Origin: a virus
DNA length: 64,000 nucleotides
IMG/VR virus record: IMGVR_UViG_3300009104_000002
Coordinates: 96,001 to 160,000 of that record
Reading direction: 5' to 3' (one strand)
The position numbers and the translations under genes are program-made. The notes under the pieces were generated by a model. It saw nothing but the letters and a program-made list of their open reading frames with translations. It ran no database searches and had not been told where the DNA came from. Positions 45,680 to 56,000 of this stretch are shown here, piece by piece; within the stretch, counting starts at the first letter, position 1; every line of letters begins with the position of its first letter.

Positions 45680-48600
45680 TTATTTTTCAACCTCCGGAAG
45701 TGTTGTGTGAACAGTTGATTTAAAATTAACATTCAAATCAACAACTTTTCCGGTCTTTTTCGAACTCAATCTTATCTTAAATGTTTTTCCGAATAATGCC
45801 TCTTCTTCTGTTCCCAAAATAGATGTTTCTCCGCGAGATAAATCGGCATATGTTTCCGGGCTGCTTTCTCTTGGTAAGATCTGAGAAATTCTCGGCACAA
45901 TATTAAATAGTCTCTTGAAACTTTTATTTATTTTCTGTTCGCCCTCTGGAAAGTCATAGCTTCTTATCAGGGGATAAATTGCTCCGCTATTTTCTACTAA
46001 CTCTATCTCATAGACGGGCGTTGGGTTGGAAGCAATCCCTCGTCTGTCAAAAACTCTAAACATGTAGTAATATTTCTTATTTGGCGTTATATTATCCAAA
46101 AAAGATGCAGAAGGGGACTTTTCCCCGATTTCAAGAGTTTTTGTAATTATTTGTGGTGAAGAATTTTTAAAATCTTCATAGCTCTCCGGTGGAGATGCGA
46201 GGCGTCTTATTTCGAAAGCCGATGCAAGATTCTCAAATTCATCGGATATAAATAAAATTTCTTGGAAATCAGTTAATTTTCTTGCTTCCCTAAAAGTTTT
46301 GTAAAAATTTTCCTCTTCTTCGCTAAAAATAATTGGTGCTTGCTCCAGACTTCCTTGGCCAGAATTCATAAAGAAAGAAATTTTATCATCGATTCCACGA
46401 TATGTGACAAAATTAATATTTGGAAAGAGTGGCGGATTATCCAAGATAGTTCCAACGCTCTCATAATATGGAATTTCAATCAATTTAAGAGATGGCTTCG
46501 TAAAAACACTGTAAACGAGCTTATCAAATGCCTTTTCGACAGTAAAGCTTAAATTAACTAAATCAAAATATTCTTCTTGAGATTTTACAAAATCTTTAAC
46601 ATGGCCTTCAAGTATTCTTATTCTCTTGGAAAATTCATCTAGGCCACTTTGTATTTCCGCGAAACTTAATTTTTTTTCTTTATCTTTGTCGTCTGTATCA
46701 AAGAGATTCATAGAGTACGCTATCGTATTATCAAATTTTCTAAAAGAAGTTAATCTATCAAAATTTTTATTTTTTGCATCTTTTTGAATATTGCCTCTCT
46801 TTATCGCGTTGCTGACCAAATCGATCAAAAGGGCGCCCAATAATCCGACGCCAGCCAGAACGGTACCAATACCCCCGCCAACAATAAGCGATGCGCCGCC
46901 GAGGGCGCCAGAGATTGCGGCAGCAGTTCCTTCGTCAAAATCACTAAAATCCTCGCGGGAAAGGACAATATCTCTAAATTCTGATAAGAATTTGGACACA
47001 CGAGTATTCCATTGTACAAAATCCAGCAGTCCTCCTGCACGATCTATATCTTTGAAAGTTCCGGGAACCGTTGAACTACCAAAACCCTTTGAGCCGTATA
47101 TGTTCGTCTCTAGACCTACTATATCCTCAAATCTCCCCAAGACCACCGGATCTATTTCTTCTTTTAAAATTTCGTTTCCAAAGCGGTCGACTCCGGTGCC
47201 GGTATTCAGAATGCTCCTGATAAAATCGGTATAAGGTTGGATATTTTTTTGATAAGATGTTCTTAAGCCGAAAAATCCCTCCTTACTTGTGGACCCTATT
47301 TCTACCAAACTTTGGGCAATAAAGGCATCAGCTATGGCGTCTGCATTGGGGATTCCTAGATCAGAAATCGTGTCTCTAATTTCTGCTATGAATTTTAATT
47401 TTTGCATTTCGTCAAAACTTTCTTCTAAAAATCCAGAAGTACCGCCAACAATAGAAAATTCGTCACCGAAAGAACTGGCGCCATAAGAGGCTTCCAAAAT
47501 GGAGATTTGTTCTTGATATGCATATTCCGACCCGACTTCCATTTTATAGGCAAAAATTTTATATCTATATTTCTTTCCATACTTTACTTGAGAATCAATA
47601 TAATTTAATCCCAAATATGTATTTTCGGCGGGAATCCAAAAATTCTGAATTGGCGTTATTGATCCTATTTCAAATTTTGCAATTCTATAAAATAAAGCCT
47701 TTGATGTATACGGCTTCACCCCCAATACAACGTCCTTATAACTTCTGGAATTTTCATCCAATAATTTTTGATATTCTTCTTTTAATTTGTCTAAATTTTC
47801 TAAATATGATGTCTCGATTGTTTTGTCGGATAGAGGACCTATTAAGTTATTTTTGGTAAAGCTAGCTTCTTCAGAAAAATTCTTATATATTGAAGATTCT
47901 TCAGTTGGATCGGTAGAAATAGGCGCCTCATACATTTTTCGCAATATTTTCAACGCATCAAATACTTTTAGATTATTTTCTTGTATCTGATATATCTCTT
48001 CATAATCTTCCTGTTTTTCATCCAGATAGCTAGATGAGAGAAAGGTGCTTATAAACGGAGTTGAGACAACGGGACTTTCTGGATCTAGCTTTAGGGAGTC
48101 CTCCAATGTGGATATTTCTTGATTCATGATGTCGCAGAATGCCGTTGCCAAAAGACCGTCATATATAGCACTTCTGAAATCATCCTCTTCTGCATTTCCT
48201 GGCGGATTTCCAAAAGAGATTTTTGCAAAAAATGGAAATATATCAACATTTTCCAGCAACGCAGAACTATCTTTAAAATTTTCTTTTGTTATAAAATAAT
48301 CTGCTACATTTTCAATAAAAAGTCCCGTGGCGCTGCTTTTCAGTGATGCCAGAGCATTTTCTCTTGATGGGTCAAGCGGATCAGGCGTCACAATGACTTC
48401 TAATTTTTTTGTTGTTTTTGTGTCCTTATCATAAAATGTGCTATATTGAGTTCTTGTTTCTTTATCTCCAAAATATTTATAAAAATTTAATAATCTTTTT
48501 TCCAAAACGGTAGCAGAAGATATGGACGATTCATAATTTTCATTTCCATAATTGAAAGTATATTCCACCTCCCCCACTATTAGGGATCTATTATTAATAT

Positions 48601-49096
48601 TCGAAGAATACATGATTGGCGCGTCGATTTCTAAATAATGATCAGAATATGGCCCAAGAATAGCGTCAGAACCCTCACCACTATAAGATTCTCTCAATTG
48701 TTCAGCAAAATCTTCGAATACAGATTGGGGTGATTGTCGCAAATCAGAAACATTTATGATTGGTAAATCCAAATTCGGAGTTAATGTGACTTTCTCTGAA
48801 TATATTGGGATCTCAATTACTTCTACGATGTCTGTTCCTGGAATCAGAAGGAAAAACGGCTCAAATTCATCCGAACCAATTTCCTCTATTTCCATATTTG
48901 CTTTATTGCCGCTCTTTCCATCTGCTTGATAAAATTTGAATGGCGCATCAGGATTTAGAATGATTTTTTTACCATTACTGAATTTATCAGTCCAATAGCT
49001 ATCTATATTTTGTCTAACTAGATCCGTAGAAGAATCATAATTCTCCGCTAAAACAAAATCTTTGTTATTAATCTTTGCGTCTTCTCTTACTGTCAT
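45680..49096 (-). CDS. large hypothetical structural protein, 1138 aa
   Basis: two FN3-like D.V..GKKY.Y / PNKKYYY strands; central Gly-zipper hydrophobic segment; baseplate context. Confidence 0.7.
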   Translation of the reverse strand: MTVREDAKINNKDFVLAENYDSSTDLVRQNIDSYWTDKFSNGKKIILNPDAPFKFYQADGKSGNKANMEIEEIGSDEFEPFFLLIPGTDIVEVIEIPIYSEKVTLTPNLDLPIINVSDLRQSPQSVFEDFAEQLRESYSGEGSDAILGPYSDHYLEIDAPIMYSSNINNRSLIVGEVEYTFNYGNENYESSISSATVLEKRLLNFYKYFGDKETRTQYSTFYDKDTKTTKKLEVIVTPDPLDPSRENALASLKSSATGLFIENVADYFITKENFKDSSALLENVDIFPFFAKISFGNPPGNAEEDDFRSAIYDGLLATAFCDIMNQEISTLEDSLKLDPESPVVSTPFISTFLSSSYLDEKQEDYEEIYQIQENNLKVFDALKILRKMYEAPISTDPTEESSIYKNFSEEASFTKNNLIGPLSDKTIETSYLENLDKLKEEYQKLLDENSRSYKDVVLGVKPYTSKALFYRIAKFEIGSITPIQNFWIPAENTYLGLNYIDSQVKYGKKYRYKIFAYKMEVGSEYAYQEQISILEASYGASSFGDEFSIVGGTSGFLEESFDEMQKLKFIAEIRDTISDLGIPNADAIADAFIAQSLVEIGSTSKEGFFGLRTSYQKNIQPYTDFIRSILNTGTGVDRFGNEILKEEIDPVVLGRFEDIVGLETNIYGSKGFGSSTVPGTFKDIDRAGGLLDFVQWNTRVSKFLSEFRDIVLSREDFSDFDEGTAAAISGALGGASLIVGGGIGTVLAGVGLLGALLIDLVSNAIKRGNIQKDAKNKNFDRLTSFRKFDNTIAYSMNLFDTDDKDKEKKLSFAEIQSGLDEFSKRIRILEGHVKDFVKSQEEYFDLVNLSFTVEKAFDKLVYSVFTKPSLKLIEIPYYESVGTILDNPPLFPNINFVTYRGIDDKISFFMNSGQGSLEQAPIIFSEEEENFYKTFREARKLTDFQEILFISDEFENLASAFEIRRLASPPESYEDFKNSSPQIITKTLEIGEKSPSASFLDNITPNKKYYYMFRVFDRRGIASNPTPVYEIELVENSGAIYPLIRSYDFPEGEQKINKSFKRLFNIVPRISQILPRESSPETYADLSRGETSILGTEEEALFGKTFKIRLSSKKTGKVVDLNVNFKSTVHTTLPEVEK

Positions 49097-49099
49097 CTG

Positions 49100-52039
49100 T
49101 TAATTCCCCAAATTAATATTGCTGGCCGGGAATATTCCAGCTTGTACGGCTTCCGGAACGTCAACTGGTTCGAACGGGGCTTCCGGACCGAATGGCGATT
49201 CCGTTGTAGCGCTGGCGTTAAAAATTGGTGCACCCGTGATACCTATCGTGAAAGTGCCCTCGATCAAGAAATATTTATCTGAATATTTTCTTTTTCCGAA
49301 AGAGCTTCCTATTTTATATTTCTGATCCGAATATAGGGTTGCCCTGCAGAGTATAAATCTCCCAGATTCTAAATTTCTCACCCTTGAGCGAGTTAATTTG
49401 GTAAATTTTGGAGACTTAACATTTGGAGCACCAGTAGAATCTTTTTCAAATTCAGATAATACTTCTATTTTTACCAAATTCATATAATTTTCCTTTATCA
49501 TATAATAATTATCCGGACTTGCAAAAAAATCATTAACCATATTTAACCATTGGTTTACAGTTTTGTCAGATTTTGAAGCAAAAATAGCCTTTATGTGATT
49601 TGGTAAATTTTCTATTTCTTGCCGCAACCTTATGGCCGGATCAACTGTTGAGTCTAGAGAACTTATTGATCTTCCTGGCTTTGTTCGCTTTGGCGGATTA
49701 TCAATCTCTTCCCTTGTTAGTAGGCTCATTGGCTGGTTTGTAATGTCAAAATTATTTACAGATAAATCCCACCCTTCTTCTTCTCTCAAAATAGAATTGA
49801 TAAAGGAAGTATACTTATTTGTTTCATCAATTTGTCCCTCATAGCCTCCAACAACAGTGTCATATGAGTCTGGAATTGCCTCTGGAGCGCTTGAATTAAA
49901 ATCATCAGTGAATCCCTGCTCTGTGGAATTTATATAAGAATCATTTTCCAAATCTAATGGATCAGTATTTCCCGTCCACCATGATTCACCTATCGATACA
50001 CCAATTGATTGCAAAAAATAAGATATTGACAGATTTGATGGGAGGCTCGTGTCATATTTGTTTTTATAATTTTGATCATTAAAAACTCCGTTATCAAATG
50101 AGTTCGTTTCTGTTAATATTGTATTATTTATTTTTTTCGGTGCCAAGAATGAACAATAATTTTCCTCAAAATCAAAAAGTCCGCGATATTCTTTAAAGGG
50201 ATCAGTCGGACCGGTCAGACCAAGAGATATATCAGAATTTAATTGACTGAAATCTATCTCTCCTGAATCAAATTGATAGTCTTTTATTAGTCTTCTAAAA
50301 TCAAATTCGCATCTAGACAGAAAATCTACATCTGTAAATTTAGAAATACCAATATTACTGTTTTTGTTTATGTTGAGATAATCATAATTTAGATTTGTCG
50401 CATCTAAAAAGTCTGCGTATGTCTTAAAATCCTTTTCGAATTGTAGGAAAAATAAATCTGAATTATTTTTTGAATATGATTTTGAAAATTGTGAGTTTAC
50501 TTGAGAGATTACTCCCGCATTCCCTATCATTTCAGATAATTTAGATATTAATGACAGGTTGTGTCTCATTAATTCAGATGTGGTTTTCTCATATTTCAGT
50601 AAATTTTGAAGATATTTTCTTTGGGTCTCAATATCCTTAATATTAGAATTTAAAGTAAACAAAATATTAAGGATATTGTTGACGGCAGCTAGTGCGCTGC
50701 CCATTTCTGTTGGGCGAGAAATGTTGAATGTTTGCAGTAAATTTTGTGCATTTTCCAATTTTTTCAAAGACTCTATTAGCCACAGCAATATTCCATCTTG
50801 TACCCTTAGTGATACAGAATAGCTATATTTGCCCCCCAATAATGTATCATAATCGCTGAAACCGTATACTTTTAGATACATGTTTTCCGCAGATGCAGAA
50901 TCAATCTGAATTGGGAGATTTATTTCTGATATTTCTGCCAATATTGTGTCATCGATTTTGCTCGACTTGGCGGCCCTTATTAAAGATGGAGAATCCGCCA
51001 ATAAATTATCGGAAGTTTCAATAACAATTTTATTTATTTGATCTTTATTTACGGAAATTTTCTCTTTTGTTCCAATTGGATCAAAATTTAATATATCTTT
51101 AATCTCTCTCCTCTTCAATATTAGGCTAGCTATTTTTGAATTATTTAACATCGATAATATTTCTGAAGAAATTCCGTCTTGTCTTTCCAAGATTTGACCA
51201 TATCTGCTATTATCTATTAAAAATTGCCCCTTATCAAAGAAAAAGACACCTTTTACATCTTGATCTTTTCCATACGAAGCAAACAAATCAGAAATATTAG
51301 AATTTTTTCTCTGTGTGTTTAGGGAAAATATATCGAAATCAAATAAATTATCATAATAATCTGTTCTCATATCTTCAATCTTTGAAGAAATAACGAGATT
51401 ACCATTCTCTATGACTGGAATTCTACTGAATGCAGCATCTTTTTGGGATGTTCCGGTTTGCATAAAAACATATATAACTAAAGTATTTGTTTTCTTAGGG
51501 GAACTCTTCATCGAGAATGGATAATGATATGCAATTGGATTATTAGATGTTCTCGCATAATCTACCTTTATTTTTGGATTAACGCTTCCATCTTCGAGAA
51601 AGGTTTGAAATGTTAATTTTTGAGGAGTAAACGTTATTATGCCGTCTTTTTTATCATCAATATCTTGGGATCTTAAATTAGATTTTACTGACAAAGTTCT
51701 ATCTCTACTCTCGCTTGTTACTATATATACCCTCATATACATATTTAAATTTTTCGATAAATCAAGAGAGGGCAACCCAAAACCATCTGCACCGGTTTTT
51801 AATTGATAATTTAATTCTACAGAGTATTCATCATTATCTTCAGTTGAGGATAAATTTATATTTTTAATGGAAATATTCTTACTTTCCAAGGACAACAGTG
51901 CTGATCGAGTGCGGCTAACCCTACGTCCATCCGCGACTCTGACTCTGCGGGAGATTACACCGGAACCAAAAGGACTTTTTCTTTCTGTTGTCCTGGGTGT
52001 GGGGGCTGCTCCTATAGATTTTTTATCTTTTGTTGTCAT
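49100..52039 (-). CDS. large hypothetical structural protein, 979 aa
   Basis: long ORF packed within the baseplate block. Confidence 0.7.
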   Translation of the reverse strand: MTTKDKKSIGAAPTPRTTERKSPFGSGVISRRVRVADGRRVSRTRSALLSLESKNISIKNINLSSTEDNDEYSVELNYQLKTGADGFGLPSLDLSKNLNMYMRVYIVTSESRDRTLSVKSNLRSQDIDDKKDGIITFTPQKLTFQTFLEDGSVNPKIKVDYARTSNNPIAYHYPFSMKSSPKKTNTLVIYVFMQTGTSQKDAAFSRIPVIENGNLVISSKIEDMRTDYYDNLFDFDIFSLNTQRKNSNISDLFASYGKDQDVKGVFFFDKGQFLIDNSRYGQILERQDGISSEILSMLNNSKIASLILKRREIKDILNFDPIGTKEKISVNKDQINKIVIETSDNLLADSPSLIRAAKSSKIDDTILAEISEINLPIQIDSASAENMYLKVYGFSDYDTLLGGKYSYSVSLRVQDGILLWLIESLKKLENAQNLLQTFNISRPTEMGSALAAVNNILNILFTLNSNIKDIETQRKYLQNLLKYEKTTSELMRHNLSLISKLSEMIGNAGVISQVNSQFSKSYSKNNSDLFFLQFEKDFKTYADFLDATNLNYDYLNINKNSNIGISKFTDVDFLSRCEFDFRRLIKDYQFDSGEIDFSQLNSDISLGLTGPTDPFKEYRGLFDFEENYCSFLAPKKINNTILTETNSFDNGVFNDQNYKNKYDTSLPSNLSISYFLQSIGVSIGESWWTGNTDPLDLENDSYINSTEQGFTDDFNSSAPEAIPDSYDTVVGGYEGQIDETNKYTSFINSILREEEGWDLSVNNFDITNQPMSLLTREEIDNPPKRTKPGRSISSLDSTVDPAIRLRQEIENLPNHIKAIFASKSDKTVNQWLNMVNDFFASPDNYYMIKENYMNLVKIEVLSEFEKDSTGAPNVKSPKFTKLTRSRVRNLESGRFILCRATLYSDQKYKIGSSFGKRKYSDKYFLIEGTFTIGITGAPIFNASATTESPFGPEAPFEPVDVPEAVQAGIFPASNINLGN

Positions 52040-52051
52040 CTAAAATAATTC

Positions 52052-53077
52052 CTATTCACATAAATCTTCTGAAGAAACATTTGTGCCATAAATGTCGGCA
52101 ACGGCCAATTTTATAAAAGGATTATCTTCAGATACAAAATTCTCATCCGTATAAAACCCTTGTGATCGCAAAATGCTAACAGAATTACTTATCAACTCTC
52201 TGTCAACATCATGATCATAAAAAATATCAAAATAATATTCTACATTATCAGTAGTTAATTGGATTTCTAAATCCTCGTCTTCATCGGCCTCGTCTAACAA
52301 TATATTGTTGACGATCTTTTTTCTGATATCTTTTGCGAAACTTAAAGATATCAACTGTTCTTCACCAGTCTCATCCGTGGTGATCTCAAACACCTCTATA
52401 TCAAAGTTCTCCATTTTGAAATCTGTATTTTCTTCCACTATGTCTGCTAAAATATAATTATTTATTATTTTCAAAAAGGTGCCGTCGTCTGCGGCGTTGG
52501 AGATGATGCTCGGACTTGTCAGCTGATCTTCATAAAATAGTGCGGCTCCCTCCAGGGAGTGCTCATCCATTGCTTCTCCGCCCTCAAATTCAAAATCGTA
52601 TTTACCGACATCAATTAAATATTCCATTGTCATGTTGATTTGTGGAATCTTCTTTTTACCAAATTTTGTTTCATAGTCCAAATTGTATGAATCTGCCTCT
52701 CCCTTGAGAAATCTAATATTTATTGCAGGCAATTTATCGCTTGATGGCTTTGAATTTCCTAGATCACTGGATAGGCTTGTTCGTTCGGATGGTATAGTCG
52801 GAGTAAGTTTATCCCCAGTTCCAAAATCTACTTCTATGCTTTTTTCAAATTTTCCGGTAAATTTATATTGTGTCTGTAATTGTGGCGTAAGCTCCCTTAT
52901 TCTGCCCTGTGTATCGTTCTGATTTTCCGAGAATCCTCCGAATTCAGAATCATACACAATATTATCATCAAAAAATGCATAATAAACTGGTCGCATTTTT
53001 CCTCTTGAGAGAAGGTATTTTCCATATGGAGTTAATTTTAAATCTAAAACTTCTTCTTTTTTATTTAAAAAGAGCAT
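52052..53077 (-). CDS. baseplate-associated protein
   Basis: N-terminal LKLTPYGKYLLS...YYAFFDDNIVYD resembles the N-terminus of 44713-45609; TAATG overlap. Confidence 0.6.
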   Translation of the reverse strand: MLFLNKKEEVLDLKLTPYGKYLLSRGKMRPVYYAFFDDNIVYDSEFGGFSENQNDTQGRIRELTPQLQTQYKFTGKFEKSIEVDFGTGDKLTPTIPSERTSLSSDLGNSKPSSDKLPAINIRFLKGEADSYNLDYETKFGKKKIPQINMTMEYLIDVGKYDFEFEGGEAMDEHSLEGAALFYEDQLTSPSIISNAADDGTFLKIINNYILADIVEENTDFKMENFDIEVFEITTDETGEEQLISLSFAKDIRKKIVNNILLDEADEDEDLEIQLTTDNVEYYFDIFYDHDVDRELISNSVSILRSQGFYTDENFVSEDNPFIKLAVADIYGTNVSSEDLCE

Positions 53078-56000
53078 TATTTCTTCTCCTGTTCAGATAA
53101 TTGTTTGGCGACAGCGCCCTGAGTTAATACGTCTGATTTTCTCTTTTTTGCTTCGGCTGTTGTGGAGGTGTTTGTTAGTGATATATCATTGGTCGAAGGC
53201 AGCCCAGTTTGTGATACTGGTGCTAACGATGTATCAAGAGTGAGTGGAGAACCATAAGAAATTTGTGCATCCATTTTAGCAAACTCCACCATTGAAAAGT
53301 TATCATAAGGCCAATTATAACCAAATAGCCTATCTTCCGCCTTGGAAGATCCAACAATCTTATTGTAATAATTAGTTTCTGCCCTTTGTTTTACTTTGAA
53401 TACCATCCATTTTACTTTGTTTTTCATAGTTTTTATCATTTCCCCAGTCATCAGTGGGTGAGATATTGTTGCTACGGACTCCTTAAACTGGGTTCCAAAT
53501 TTCGGAGCAATATTTTGCCATATATAAGATAGATCATTTTTATCAAACGTGTGTTCAAAATCAAATATATACATAGCAACTGGCTTCGTTTTTAAGTTTC
53601 TTATAAAATCAAATTGTGGCGGAAAAACATACCTTTTCCAAACTTTCTCTGCCATGTCGAGAATATCTTGACTTGTACCTGGTGGGAATAGAACTTTCGG
53701 ATTCCTCTTGTTTATTTCTGTGTCTTCTGCGAAAGACGCTATCACAGGAAGTTCGAAAAACAGCTTTTTATCTCTATTTAAATTTTCAGCTTTTCCCAAT
53801 TTTTTAATTGCCTCGTTTTCAACAAATGGTACCGCGACAACGGCCTCATATACTTTTTTAGAGTCTGAGAGTTTTCCCATTCTTGATACCTTGGTCGTTG
53901 GGGCGCCAGCTGTTGATTCACTAAATCCAACAACTTCTGCGAGGGATTTAAAATTCCCGTCATTATAAAATGCCCTATCTTCTGGAGAGAGGGGGGTTCC
54001 ACCGATGATCGCGCCAGGATCTGCCGCATATTCCCTCCATTGTTGTGATATCTCCCTGACTTCCAAAGAAATACCATTATTTCCCTCCGGGATTGTTCCA
54101 AATTGATGCCACATTCCAATGGGAGTCGTTGTTTTCCCGCAATAACCCAACCACGGGTCGCTACCGGTAGTTGGAGTTGTGATATTTCCAAAATTGAGGG
54201 GAGAGGTTTTTTGATCTCCAAAGTTTAAAATTGGAGTCTCGAATTTACTCTGAATTACCCAACGAGGAGTAAGTTTTGTTAAATCATTGCTGGGGACAAA
54301 TTCTTTAAGAAATAAATTAACAGATGATGAAATCTGCATTGCATTGAGATTGATATTCTTTTGATGCATTGGATAACTATTATCCTCTCCGCTTGGCCAT
54401 TGCCCTCCAGCATTTAAGGTGCCATTGATAAAGTTATTAAATACTCTCCAATATTTTACCGATGCGTTTGCAAAAATTTCGTCTAAAGTGACATTCCCGT
54501 CAGCGGAGGCCTGGAACATAACATCTGCCCATGCCTCGCCAATATAGTAAGGGGGAGTATATGGGGTGTAATAACCATTCACAGAATCATTTAAAAGAGT
54601 ATCGACGATAAGGCCGGGGGATGCATCAAATGTTCCGGAAAAGGAACTCGTTCCTGCCATTGGTGGCCCGAAAGCCGATGGTCTAGAATACATAGTCATT
54701 AATTCAGGCTCGTTAAGGGCGTCGGAGGGTACTCCTATTCGAGCTTTTCCAAATTGCTGAGGGACGTCTCCTGCGGATTGCAGGCCGAGGGAATTTGTGG
54801 ATTTTTTCCCCCTTATTGCTATACGCATTCCATAATATTCTCCATTTTTAACAGTAAAGCCATCTTCTTGATTTTTTGAAACAAGAGAAGTTAATGATTC
54901 GTTTTTTAAGAAAAAATTGGGAATTTCTCCAAAAAAGTTATTAACTATGAGCTTATAATTATTTAAGTTGAGGTCTGACTCTTCTGGATTTTGAAGTTTG
55001 GCAGTAACAGGAATTGAACAAGATGGATGTGGTTCCATATCATAGATACTAATATCTTTAATATTTGATACCGGATCAAGTAATGACTCAAATGAGAACC
55101 TGTGATGTAATATGCCACCCTCTCCTGCGTCCCTCCCAACTGCATAATAATCGCTATAGTCTACCGCAGCGGGTGCGCCAGAGCCAGAATAATTGAAATA
55201 TCTAATTGTCTCATAAGACGATGTGTAGATCGGATAATCAACAGCGATGCCAGATTTTATAGTATTATACATAATCCCCGGCGAGAAAAATGGTGCCATA
55301 AAGGGTCGCATCTTCAATGTATCTATATCTCCAGCAATAGCCGAGCTGGGTCCAAGGCCTGGTATATCCTTAGAATATGTTGACCCCACGACGAACGGCG
55401 CATAACTTTCAGAAAATGCATTTGCTATTTCCAGCGTTCTTTCGGCCGGATAAAAACCATCATATGCTATGAATTTCATCAGGGCCTTGCAACTAAGAGT
55501 CAGTGATTTTGGTAGATCTTCAATTTTGTCATGCTCTTCGGAAACTATATCAAAGTACTCCATAAAATCAGAAAATGAATAAATTCTATAAAAATTATCT
55601 TGCCCACTATTTTGAGGAGTATCCTCAGAAACTTGTATATCATAGAGGAATGGCTGGCTGCCTGTAGTTTTATAAAAAACTGTCTCTGTGTTGTCCTGAT
55701 TTATTCCGAAAATCGAAAATGAAGCAGTATTCGATGCTAAAAATCCATTTGAATCATTCAAATATTTTTGAATATGATCACTTATCCTAAATTCGGGAAT
55801 TAATGACATATCTTTATTTTTTAGCCTCATATTATGAACATATAATTCATATTTGTCATAAAACGGAGTTGATGGTGATGATATAAATTGACCATCTTCA
55901 ATATATCCCGCCATCTCATGAGCTTCAAATTTGGCATTTCCCCCGAAAATTGATATGTGACCCAACTGATTGAACGTGGAAATAGTTGGCCACGCGGAGG

